In this document: piece by piece, positions 40,795 to 51,710 of the stretch
Numbering within the stretch: the stretch's first letter is position 1
How the letters are laid out: each line of letters opens with the position of its first letter
Assembly (NCBI RefSeq): GCF_001194135.2
Contig: NC_068988.1
Span: 88,720,328-88,784,327 of the forward strand
Length of the DNA stretch: 64,000 bases
Direction: 5' to 3'
From: Octopus bimaculoides
Lineage: Eukaryota
Position numbers and translations under genes: made by a program
The notes under the pieces: generated by a model
The model's input: the letters and a program-made list of their open reading frames with translations, nothing else
What the model was told of the DNA's origin: nothing
Databases searched by the model: none

Positions 40795-40957
40795 ACATTA
40801 TTTACATTATTTACATTATTTACATTTGAGGGATATTCTTCCTCATCTTGTCTCTTGTTAACACAACGTTTCGGCTGATATACGTTCCAGCCTTCATCAG
40901 GTGTCTTGGGGAAATTTGGAACCTGGGTTGACATTCCTAAGGTATTTTTCGATGTTA
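40795..40957 (-). mobile_element. Short hammerhead-bearing retroelement piece (Penelope pLTR-like) with an (AATGTAAAT)3 tail
   Basis: Follows an (AAT)n array, contains a hammerhead fold, and ends in a 9-mer tandem tail at 40795-40825. Confidence 0.55.
40860..40905 (-). ncRNA. Minimal type-I hammerhead ribozyme fold
   Basis: GACAC-CTGATGA-A-GGCTG(gaacgtatat)CAGCC-GAAA-CGT-T-GTGTT. Conserved core intact, 5-bp stems I and II, palindromic loopless stem III (ACGU), GUU cleavage triplet. Confidence 0.7.
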
Positions 40958-40975
40958 TCATTATTATTATTATTA

Positions 40976-41043
<68 letters not shown>

Positions 41044-41063
41044 ATTATTATTATCATTATTAT
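40955..41063. repeat. (ATT)n array
   Basis: Read directly. Confidence 0.95.
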
Positions 41064-41161
41064 ACAGGTCNNNNNNNNNNNNNNNNNNNNNNNNNNNNNN
41101 NNNNNNNNNNNNNNNNNNNNNNNNNNNNNNNNNNNNNNNNNNNNNNNNNNNNNNNNNNNNN

Positions 41162-41195
<34 letters not shown>

Positions 41196-41281
41196 GTGCG
41201 CGCGTGTGTGTGCATGTGTGTGTGTGTGTGTGTGTGCATGCGTGTGTATGTGTGTGTGTGTGCATGTGTCTGTGTCTGACA

Positions 41282-42200
41282 TAGTTTTTGGGGATGTTTC
41301 AGGCATCCCTTTTATCATGCCGACAATAACAGGAAATGTTTTTGCTTTAAGATACCTCATCTTTTGCATTTCGATTTCCAGTTTGTCGAATTAATTTACA
41401 GACATATTTCTATCAGTAGGAACAGTTACATGTGTTAGTTTACACATATTTTCTTCCTTGTATTTAATAATTATGTCTGGTCGATTAAGCTAGATCGTTT
41501 TGTCGGTGTTGAGTGGAAAATTCCAGAGGCTGGTCAAATTTTTACCTGCAACGAATGGCTCAGGATAATGTTTGTACCAGTTAGTAGAAGTGCCAATTTT
41601 GTCGTGTCTACATCTTTTCCAATGTAAATACTGTTCTAACCTATAGTGGAAATTTTTGTATTCGACTGTTGTTAGGACATAACATCGTGAAACAAAGACG
41701 GTTTATATATTTTTCAAATGTGTAGCAGAATCTGCATTTATGGTCAACACCTTGAAGAATGTTAACCCTCTAGTTTCTTGTAAGAAATATTTGATAATGT
41801 GTCGCCAGTATGAAACCCTGAATCTCTGCTTTCAATCCTGAACATTTCAGTCACTGATGGGTTGTGTCTTGGTCTACATCAACAGTTTGACTTCGAAGAA
41901 TATATTCTCCATGTGGAGTCTTCTGGAACCACCGCTCCTCGGTTTGTTTCTTCACGTTAATTTTTTTTTTGTTTTTGCTGGTTGCTGTTTACTTGTTTCG
42001 TGTTCTTGTTTCATCCAGTCCTCAGAGTTTTTCAGGTAGGTGTCGAGGTCAATTGTGGCAATCTTCATTGTTAATGCCAGTTGCAAAAGTCCACGGCCTC
42101 CTTCTTTTCTTGGCAGATAAAATCGTTCTATATCTGCCTTACGGTGGTGCATTCTATGCATTGTCAATAGTTTTCGTATTTTTTATATATTTCAGTAATT
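41282..42200 (-). mobile_element. R4/Dong-clade LINE, 5'-truncated and decayed (CCHC + restriction-like endonuclease)
   Basis: HRMHHRKADIERFYLPRKEGGRGLLQL; QWLKCSGLKAE; KCRFC (41719-41739); NRPDIIIK (41472-41486); LEIEMQKM..LKAKTFPVIVG. Confidence 0.9.
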
Positions 42201-42208
42201 GACCAGTT

Positions 42209-42212
42209 AATG

Positions 42213-42286
<74 letters not shown>

Positions 42287-42295
42287 CATTATCAT
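42209..42295. repeat. (ATT)n array
   Basis: Read directly. Confidence 0.95.
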
Positions 42296-42296
42296 T

Positions 42297-42635
42297 GTTG
42301 TGTGAGGGAGCAGTACATGCAATCAAAGTGACACTGGTGTACAAATACAAAAAGCCTTATATACCCATCATGACTACTCATCTAATAGGTTTACGGCAGA
42401 CACATGCATCACAACCATATATGAGGAACATGGGGATCTCATATCAAGATAAACAGCACACGACCTTGCAGGTGGGTCTAGATAGAATGTTTTCAGGTCG
42501 AGTAAACTCTTCCATACAAAAGGTCCCTGAATGATGGTTGTTTAATGATGCTGAATGAAATACTCACGGTTCCAGAGGTGAATTCTTCAATCTCCAAAGG
42601 ATTCCTCTCAAAACATGACTATAATGCTTCCCCAC
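42297..42635 (-). mobile_element. Interspersed repeat family B (non-coding, (TAA)n-tailed retroposon end)
   Basis: Inverted homolog at 49961-50480; for example atctcatatcaagataaacagc (42436-42457) is 22/22 to the reverse complement of 50298-50319. Confidence 0.8.
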
Positions 42636-42639
42636 TATT

Positions 42640-42725
42640 TCTGCCTAAACACCGAATATAATGAGAATTTTTTTCTGTTATTAGGCTCCACATTCGAGTT
42701 GTCTCTATTTCCAGATCTTTGTATT
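42640..42725 (-). mobile_element. Short R4/Dong C-terminal fragment
   Basis: AKYKDLEIETTRMWSLITEKILII. Confidence 0.7.
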
Positions 42726-42730
42726 TCGCA

Positions 42731-42798
42731 TATCATTATTATTATTATTATTATTATCTTTATTATTATAATTATTATTATTATTATTNNNNNNNNNN

Positions 42799-42874
<76 letters not shown>
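42731..42874. repeat. (ATT)n array with a small gap
   Basis: Read directly. Confidence 0.95.
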
Positions 42875-42878
42875 GCAT

Positions 42879-43092
42879 AAGGCGGTGAGTTGGCAGAATC
42901 GTTAGCACGCCAGACGAATGCGCTGCATTATTTCATCCGTCTTCATGTTCTGAGTTCAAATTCCATTGAGGTCGACTTCGTTTTTCATCCTTTCGAGGTC
43001 GATTAAATGAATAACATTCGAGTGCTGGGGTCAATGTAAATCGACTATACCTCTCCCCCAAATTTCACATCTTGTGTCTATAGTGGAACGGA
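42879..43092 (+). mobile_element. SINE family A, tail type 2
   Basis: aaggcggtgagttggcagaatcgttagcacgcc...gttctgagttcaaattcc...ttcatcctttcgaggtcgat. Confidence 0.9.
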
Positions 43093-43875
43093 TAATAATA
43101 ATAATAATTATTATTATTATTAATGGTAGTAGTAATAATAGTAGTGGTAGTAGTAGTATTTTTATAGCCATTTAAATAAGTACAGTGAGAGACAAAACGA
43201 CAACACTAAAGAAATACAATCTACAATTACCAAACCAACATCACAACGATAACAACAGAAGCACAACCATAACATCAACAACAATGATATCATTACTTTT
43301 ACTACAAAAAAGAATTAGAGTAAAAAGTGAAGGAGAGGGGATGGCTGAAAAAATAATTTAGCAAGACGTTCTTAAAAACAAAATCTTTATCACAATAATA
43401 ATCACAGCTTAAAAACAACAAAAAATCGGTCATATGAATGACAACAAACTTAGTGAAACGAATAAATAAAACAATTATAAAAATATAGGAAACAAACAAG
43501 TAAAAATAAATAAATAAAAAATTTAAAAAATTACATTCGAAGAACTTTTCAATTAACAGAAAATAGAAATCAAAATTCGAAAAAGTATTTAAACGACGAA
43601 ACGTAAGAAACAAAGAAATTAAAGAGAAAAAGTAAGAAGAAAAAACAGATTTAAAATGTAACCATGTTTCTGAAAGAACATTAACAACGACAAGAATCAT
43701 CTAATCAATAACTATAGTTCGATCCGTACGTTAATTGGCTAAGACAAATTTTATTATCAGTGATTCGTTTATTTACAAAAAAAAATAATAATAATAGAAA
43801 GGATTATTATTATTATTAATATTATTATTATTATTATTATTATCATCATCATCATTATTATTATTATTATTACGA

Positions 43876-43955
43876 TATTTGGTCAGTCGTTACGTTCTGA
43901 GTTCAAATTCCGCCGAAGTCGACTTTCCCTTTCGTCCTTTTCGTTGTCCATAAAT
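43876..43955 (+). mobile_element. SINE family A internal fragment
   Basis: gttacgttctgagttcaaattccgccgaagtcgactttccctttcgtcc. Confidence 0.8.
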
Positions 43956-44099
43956 TATCATTTGCATTATTATACGTTAGAATTTGTATCTGTGGATAGA
44001 CGATAAATACAAATATAGACTGTTTTGCTCACTTAAAAGTGAACGACGTTCTAATATTTATGTACGAGGACTTGTTTGTGTGTATGTGTATGTTATTGT

Positions 44100-44309
44100 A
44101 TGTGTGTGTGAGTGTGTGTGTATGTGAAGATACGTGTATGAATTTACTTGTAAATATTCTTAAGAGCTGTAAATGCATGTATGGTGGTGCTGTTATCGGT
44201 GGTCTTAGTACCTCTAAGGGGACAAAATCATCACTGTACGTAACAAACCAGCTCTCCTGTTCTGAGTTTTAAATCTTATCTTTGTACTAAACTTTGTATG
44301 TGTGTGTGT

Positions 44310-44344
<35 letters not shown>

Positions 44345-44507
44345 GGTACATGTATGAATTTACTTGTAAATATTCATAAGGTGTAAATGTGTGTATGGTG
44401 GTGCTGTCATCATTGTTCTTAGTACATCTACGGGAACAAAAACACTGTACGTAACAAACCAGCACTCTTGTTCTGAGTTTTAAATCTTATCTTTATACTA
44501 AACTTTG

Positions 44508-44585
<78 letters not shown>
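44100..44585. repeat. Tandem duplication of a ~220-bp unit bounded by (GT)n
   Basis: gtatgaatttacttgtaaatattc...ctgtacgtaacaaaccagc...gttctgagttttaaatcttatcttt..actaaactttgt occurs twice. Confidence 0.9.
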
Positions 44586-44639
44586 GCTTAACTGACAAAC
44601 GTAAACAAGTATGGCTTGATAGTTTGCGCTGCAATTTTG

Positions 44640-44835
44640 CCTAGGAGTAACCAGCAGATACCTCCTCGGACTCCCTCCCTCCCATTGACGTATGAGACAA
44701 TCGAGAATATTACAACTGGAAAGAGAGAGTGCTGCATTTACGGTCACCTGGTATCCATTTACAGATGAATAAACTCGAGCAACTTGAAATGGCATCCTAT
44801 GCTCAAGGCCGTGACGTTCTGCCTGGTTCACAGAA
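44640..44835 (-). mobile_element. SINE family D (CORE-like), decayed
   Basis: Reverse complement reads ggccttgagc...ttcatctgtaaatggatacc, resembling the CORE ctcatctgtaaaatgg. Confidence 0.45.
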
Positions 44836-44923
44836 CGAGACAATATTTAGCGAAAATTTTGTATTTAACAGAGGCAATATTTGTATGAATGTGTTATGAC
44901 AACTTCTGCCATGATGTCCACAG

Positions 44924-44970
44924 CTTATAATATACTTATAATATACTTATAATATACTTATAATATACTT
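44924..44970. repeat. (CTTATAATATA)4.3 perfect 11-mer tandem
   Basis: Read directly. Confidence 0.9.
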
Positions 44971-45066
44971 GTGAAAAGAAATCTGTCAAATTTATTAAAA
45001 GAGAATGAAAGCATCGATTGGTGGGGGTGTATAAGTGATGATAGTTACAGAGTACGTGTGGTTATT

Positions 45067-45625
45067 AAGACGGCGAGCTAGCAGAAACGTAAGCACGCCG
45101 GGCGAAATGCTTAGCCGTATTTCGTCTGCCGTTACGTTCTGAGTTCAAATGCCGCCGAGGTCGACTTTGCCTTTCATCCTTTCGGGGTCGATAAATTAAG
45201 TACCAGTTACGCACTGGGGTCGATGTAATCGACTTAATCCGTTCGTCTGTTCTTGTTTGTTCCCTCTATGTCTAGCCCCTTGTGGGCAATAACGAAATAG
45301 GTATTTCGTCTGCTGCTACGTTCTGAGTTTAAATTCCGCCGAGGTTACGCACTGGGGTCGATATAATCGACTTCATCCGTTTGTGCCCTCTGTGTGTAAC
45401 CCCTTGTGGGCAGTAAAGAAATAAGAAACGTTAACCCACCGAGCGAAACGCTTAGCGGTATTTCGTCTGTCTTTGCGTTCTGAGTTCAAATTCGGCCGAG
45501 TTCGAATTTGCCATTCATCTTTTCGGGGTCGATTAATTAAGTACCAGTTGCGTAGTGGAGTCGATCTAATCGACTGGCTCCCTCCCCCCCAAAAATTTCG
45601 GGCCTTATGCCTAGAGTAAAAAAGA
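45067..45625 (+). mobile_element. Head-to-tail trimer of SINE family A (45067-45299 full; 45300-45421 deleted; 45424-45625)
   Basis: First copy is near consensus: A-box-like gagctagcagaaacg, B-box gagttcaaatgcc, Deu/Nin-like gcctttcatcctttcggggtcgataaattaagtaccag. Confidence 0.95.
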
Positions 45626-47702
45626 GTAAGTGTGGTTTATTGAAAATGGTAGTAAAATTGAGTGGGAAAATTGACATATTCGTTTTTACTTTGAATCCAA
45701 AGTATTTGTGAGCCAAAGGGTTTTTTATCATCAATAATTCAGTATAGTAGCATTGATCAACAATATCTAGGATGTGTGGTAGTGAGGTGCAAAGAATTAG
45801 GTCAAAGATTAATGGATGATATGAAATCTTTTTAATGTACTGATGAAACATTATTCTTAGGCGTTGTATAAGCAGCTTAAGCAGGAATTTAGATGTGGAA
45901 GTTAAGGGATTTTATATTATCTTAAACTGAGTAGGTGAATGTACGGGACTGTGGAGGGACGATTCAGTCTTTGAAGTAAAGTTTTAATAAATTTATCTAA
46001 CATCTAAATTTTGAAGAAATTCATCATGTTTAATTGACTGTGCTAAATTTAAAATGGATCAGCGTAATTATATCTGTGTAGTATAGTTCACGTAACACAT
46101 TGTAAAATTAAAGCACTTGGACCAACAAACACCAACAAAGACAGTGAGAGCGAAACAGCGGTAAAAGTAAGGACTATGGTGGTAAGGCTCCAAATAAAAC
46201 AAACAGTTTGAAACGTCTGGACAAAGTATAAGAACGAATCGTCAAGGTGTAACTGAGATCAATGTCTAGTAAACACTTGATGTTAAACAAAATATTACTG
46301 CCATATAAATTAATAAATATACAATTAATGACATTATATTTGATTGTTCCTCAAGACAGACTTCAAATTTGAGTCATCAGTTGTACTGCGTTGGGAATAT
46401 GCAGACATTTCGACAGAGAACTGAGAATAAGTTCTATAAACATGTCAGGAGCCCCTTAAGCGACGATAATTTAGTGATGATAATTTGTAATTTCTCAGTC
46501 CACACGATAAGCAGATGAAAACACCACGATACATATAGTAGAATTGGAGAAAGGAAGAAAAATATATGCCCTGTAGTAGTTATCTTTACAGCATCTGGCT
46601 AAAAGATAAATGAAAAAAGCAAAAAGAATAAAACAAAAAAAGTAAAATAAAATAAGAAAATAACGAAAAGCGTGAGAGTTCCTTACAATTTACTCATGGA
46701 ACGCAACAAGAGGGCCACTATAAGGTAAACTGGCTTATTTGGAATAAAAACCAAATCTACTTCGAATCGTATCTTTGATTTATGAGCTGTATAGATGAAT
46801 GGATTAAGGGAAGGAAAATTCTTCAATCAAGTTGATTCTACTGCCCATTGAAATAACGTATAATCGGAGGAGCATTCTACAGGCACGAATTCTCTTTCTG
46901 TAATCTTCAAATCTCCAACGAATCATACTTCTGAAGGCTAATTGGATGAATTAAGGGATGGAAAGTTAGATGGATCCTCGTCAATTTCGAGGATGAATAA
47001 ATGATTACTGAATCAACTGAATTTCCTGCTTATTGAATTGGTTTGTAATTGACCGGGTATTCTACAGATTAGAATTATATTATTTTAGTCTTCAAGCTTA
47101 CTCAATGTGCCTCCAAATGGGACTAACCTAAAGATTTGACATACAATATAATCTATCCGTTATGCCATTTTTAATCACAGGATATGCGATGAACACCAGA
47201 TTTCGCTATTTCGAAAACGATCTTTTAAACCATGAGTCTATAAACCACAATTTAACCCCCCCACACACACACACATACACACACACACTCATACTTCATA
47301 TATATTAGTTCGTGAAGATATCTAATCTATATGCATACATAGTCATATGTGTGTTTGTATAACTGTGTATGTATGTGTGTATATGTTTTTGTGGGGATGT
47401 TTGCATACAAAAACGATGTGAAGGTCACATTTAGGATAACCTTGGTTATGGGTTTGTTGCATACTTGCCACCAACTCGAAGCGTAACGCACACGATCTAC
47501 TGCCGTAGTATTTACAGTTATCCGACTTATTACATATACCAGAGACGTGTTCCGCAGATATACTTCATTGTTAAAAATATTAAAAGTAAACAAATGGTAA
47601 ACTACACTATGTATTTGTCGGCTTGAAAAAACACAGGAAGGACAGTACTGGAACACTTTTGGACATAGATGTTCTGAATAAAGGCCGATAAGAAAATATT
47701 CA

Positions 47703-48165
47703 GGCGCAGGCGTGGCTGTGTGGTAAGAGGCTTGCTTCTCAACCACATAGTTCTGGGTTCAGTCCCATTGCGTGGCACCTTGGGTAAGTGTCCTTTACTA
47801 TATATAGCCTAGGGTCAACCAAAGCCTTGTTATATATATATATATATATATATAATGGTGGTGCTCAGGCATGACCGCAGCTTTAAAGCTGAAACAAGTT
47901 ACAGTCTATATATATTATATATGAGTGTGTTTGTGTGTATGTGTCAATGTGTGTGTCTCTTTATGTCTGTACTTGTTCCCTCACCACTGCTAGACATCCA
48001 GTGTTGGTGTGTTTGCATCGCCGTCACTTAACGGTTCGGCAAAAGTTCCAATAGAATAAGTGCCAGGCTTGATAAAAATAACTACTGGGATCGATTCATT
48101 CGACTAAAAAAATTAAGGCAGTGTCCCAGCATGGCCGCAGTGTAATGACCGAAAAAGTGAAAAAG
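47703..48165 (+). mobile_element. SINE family C (tRNA head + CORE-like box, internal microsatellites)
   Basis: A-box tggctgtgtgg, B-box ggttcagtcc, accttgggtaagtg; the 3' motif gcatg(a/g)ccgcag..(c/g)aaa occurs at 47868 and 48129. Confidence 0.85.
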
Positions 48166-48399
48166 GGAATACAATAACAACAACAGCAACAACGTTAAGA
48201 TCTCTATAAGCATTCTACAACATTTATGAAATGTGTTGTACACATTTCATAAAATCTGTAACAAACTTCCTTCAGTGTAAAGTACAAATTTCACAAAATT
48301 TTGCAATCAATCATATTTTACTTTCTATGTATTAACGTAACTCACAGACAAATACTATTTACACTATCTGAAAACATAAAAATTCGATAAAGAAATCTA

Positions 48400-48654
48400 T
48401 TACTACCACTTAAGCCACCACTACCACCACCACCACCAGTACTAACACCACCAACGCCATTAACACCGCCGCCGCTGACGCCACCGCAAACATAATCGCT
48501 TTTACCACCACCGCCGCCGCCGCCGCCACCGCCNNNNNNNNNNNNNNNNNNNNNNNNNNNNNNNNNNNNNNNNNNNNNNNNNNNNNNNNNNNNNNNNNNN
48601 NNNNNNNNNNNNNNNNNNNNNNNNNNNNNNNNNNNNNNNNNNNNNNNNNNNNNN

Positions 48655-48687
<33 letters not shown>

Positions 48688-48744
48688 GTTATAACAACAA
48701 CAGCTATAATAATAATAATAATGATAATAATAATAATAATAATG

Positions 48745-48793
<49 letters not shown>

Positions 48794-48812
48794 TGATGAT
48801 GATGATGATGAT
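48400..48812. repeat. Compound (ACC/GCC)n, gap, (ACT)n, (AAT)n(GAT)n repeats
   Basis: Read directly. Confidence 0.9.
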
Positions 48813-49960
48813 TTCATTTATTTGCCACATAGGTGAAGAATGGGGGCGGAAAATACAGAGACAGGCGTAAAGTGTGGAGTTTTACATATAATGAAATGAT
48901 AAAAACAAGGAATGGCCGTATACATAGCATAGAAAGATTATAAAAAAATAGTGACGGGGAAAATGATAATGATGTGCCCCTCCTGATACAGGGAAACCTC
49001 TAAGGATAATCGGGGAATTCCACTGTCCGAGATTTCCTTGAAACCCTAGGAGTAAGTGTCCTCTCCAATTCCTCCTCTCCGACTCACAGATCTATACTTA
49101 GAAAGGTACCATCCACTCACTAGCGTAGCTAGGGTGTCACTAGAGGCGGTCTCCTCCGGGCGGTACTTTTAAACGGGTACCACTTTTGAGTCTGCTGTAG
49201 GCAATATGTGCTTTTTTGTGGGGTCCGGGTGCGGAAAACGGAAGGGCCTGACCGGGCGTCAAACACCATAGCTACGTTGGTGCATCCACTCTTCCGCAAC
49301 TTTCACCCGCCTTTGAATAAGCTCTGTCGAGTACAGCACTTCCCGCTCCACTCTCAATTTCCTTTCCAAGTGATACTTGAAAAAGTCAATGAGAGCTCTA
49401 CCAAAGACGAATGTACCTGTCCTCACGCCTTTCAGCCTTGTCGACCAAACAACTTCTTTCACCACAGCCACCAGGCAAAGGAAAACTGCCTTGCCTGCCT
49501 TATTGAAGGAAGGCGGTAATGCGATCATCACTACAGACTCGGCCGACTGACGGATCCGTCCCACACGTGACAGCAGTTGTTCGACATAACCCCACAAGTC
49601 AGCAATGCTCGGACACTGAACGAGGGTGCGCAGAATAGTTTAGTCACTCTGTGTGCACCTGGGACAAATCCGTCTGACAGCACATCTGTGCCTGTAGAGT
49701 TTATCCCGAACCGGTAGTGCTCCTCCCCCCACCCACGGTAGCAGTGCCAGGCCAATGACATCTGGAAATTATCCATGATAGTTCCCGACCGGAAAGTCCT
49801 CCGGAACAGATTAGTCAGTTCGTTCTTGTCGTCGCTCAGAGTCACCCCAAGAACATCGTTGCTCTTCCCCGCCACTAATCCTCTATAAATTTCTAAAGCA
49901 AAACACCCAGCGATCCCATTTCCCGACTGGTAGAGGGTTGTGAGCGCCTGACGACTTCTA
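48812..49960 (-). mobile_element. Tx1/L1-clade LINE 3' portion with 3' UTR, AATAAA and (ATC)n/(ATT)n tail
   Basis: LAWHCYRG/ALPVRDKLYRH...ICPRCTQSD*TILRTLVQCPSIADLWGYVEQLL...KAVFLCLVAVVKEVVWSTR...FFKYHLERKLRVE (CCHC knuckle, decayed). Confidence 0.8.
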
Positions 49961-50480
49961 GGTAATGATAATAAATGTTTTCTCTTGGTGTAAAAGATGG
50001 GTTACAGCAAATATTCTGCTCAATACCACATATTTGCTTGTCCGTTTGACCTTAACCAGTTGAGCATGTCACTTAGTGGCCGACTATATGTACATTTCTG
50101 AACATGTGCAGAATGAGTTGGGTAGCATCATAGCCATGTGTTGAGAGGAATTGCTCGGATTTGAATAATCCACCTCTGAAAACATAAGTGTTTTATTCAT
50201 CATCCTAAAACAACCCTTCTTCAGGGATCTTTTGAGCGGGATGGGCTACTCGACCCAAAGAAAAAGTTCTAACTGGGCTCCACCTGCAAGGTCATGCGCT
50301 GTTTATCTTGATATGAGATCACCATGTCGAGCACATATGGTGATGATGCATGTACCTGGTGCACCCTTATCAGACGGGTATTCACGAGGGGTATATTGGG
50401 CTTCGTATATTTGTACCTCAGTTTTACTTTAATGGCATGCGCTGCTAGACTCCTGGTAGACACAACATCTTCAATCCCCA
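49961..50480 (+). mobile_element. Interspersed repeat family B, longer copy
   Basis: Homologous to the reverse complement of 42297-42635; followed by (TAA)n at ~50518. Confidence 0.8.
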
Positions 50481-50548
50481 ACATCACGATATTGGATACT
50501 GTGTGACGCCTTCTATAGTAATAATAATAATAAGAAGAAGAAGAAGAC

Positions 50549-50760
50549 TTTCTACTATAGGAATAAGGCCTGAAATTTTGAGGGAGAGTAGGGTAGTCGA
50601 TTTCATCGGCCACGGCGCTAGATTGGTATTTATTTAATCGAACCCTAGAAGATGAATGGCAAAGTCGACCTTAGCGGAATTCGAACTCAGAACATAAAAC
50701 GAACAAAATGCAACTAGTCATTTTGCCCGGCGTGCTAACGATTCTGCCAGCTCAGCGATT
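50549..50760 (-). mobile_element. SINE family A, tail type 2
   Basis: ggcaaagtcgaccttagcggaattcgaactcagaac...cccggcgtgctaacgattctgccagctc. Confidence 0.9.
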
Positions 50761-51499
50761 TAATGATGTTAAAAACAACAATAATGATAAAAGTAACAAT
50801 TAAAATGTCTTTTATCGGCTCTAGGGGTTCACACCATTGAGAACAATTAAACAGGACGAAATACAACACAGAAAACGATGGGGTTCACATCGATCAAATG
50901 CAAATCAACAGCCATAAATATTTAACCATATGTATAAATATAGAATTATAAAATATCAGTTACAAAAAAATTCCGCAGTGGTAAGTTTATCCTCCGAGGG
51001 CAATTCGGAGGTAATCTCAAATAAAAAGGCACGAATTACTTTACCGTCTACATGGCATCTAAAGTGACCTCTCCTTGTGTCGTTCCCGACAAGTTAGAAA
51101 ATCATACACATATAGGCTCGTTCAGTTTTGCCACTCTCATCCGAAAATAAACAATAATAATAACAGCATCAACGGGTGTGATATAATTTCAACATGAACA
51201 GGGTTCGAATTCAGATCATAAACGGACGAGACTAAATGCCACTTTACTATTTGTAAACTTACAACAGTTCATTAGCGTTGCTACTGCAATTAAATAGTGC
51301 ATACGTTCAAATTATCAACATACAATATTCATAAAAAATGCAACGATAAATAATAATTGTCAATCTCTTACCTCTCGCTGTATATCACTTCCACCGTTGG
51401 TCAGTACATTATCCGTAGCATCATACATACGTGGGATATGCCTCTTTGGTTTCAACGGAGCCTTCTCTGCCATTTGTATAATTAACACCTGTGACTTAC

Positions 51500-51710
51500 G
51501 TATATCCAAATGATCCATGTTAATACTCTGCTGCCTGCCCTCATCCCAATCGATAACAGATCGATAACTGTTCACGTCAAACGTGTCCAAGTAACTATTT
51601 TGGCCGTGAGTCGTTTTCCAGTCAATGACGGGTGAATAGGCTCGAATGTCGATCGAATCCCAGGTGCTGCCGTATGTAGCACACTCCATGTCGGTTCTAC
51701 CTGTATCCAT
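51500..51710 (-). CDS. Probable first coding exon of an unidentified host gene (24-aa repeat protein); alternative donor would extend it to 51372
   Basis: ATG at 51710 in AgtATGG context, with an in-frame TAA upstream (51768-51770). Reads MDTGRTDMECATYGSTWDSIDIRAYSPVIDWKTTHGQNSYLDTFDVNSYRSVIDWDEGRQQSINMDHLDIR. The VIDW repeats differ only at synonymous sites. Donors C|GTAAGT (51499) and GAG|GTAAGA (51371); strong pyrimidine tract + TAG acceptor at 51939. Confidence 0.55.

Noticed and set aside
46340-46385. CTGATGA-CTCAA...TTGAG-GAAC on the minus strand
   Set aside because: C-G closing pair is reversed, GAAA is incomplete, and there is no stem I/III.
46434-46598. Strong minus-strand acceptor followed by 54 open codons (phase 0), compatible with the 51372 donor
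   Set aside because: AT-rich hydrophobic sequence with no domain signal. Cannot be supported without RNA-seq.
47327-47746. 139-aa minus ORF with a TAVDR motif resembling a GPCR DRY region
   Set aside because: It starts inside a SINE head and ends in (CA)-like sequence, with no transmembrane pattern. The 98-nt exon-like core has a stop in phase 0.
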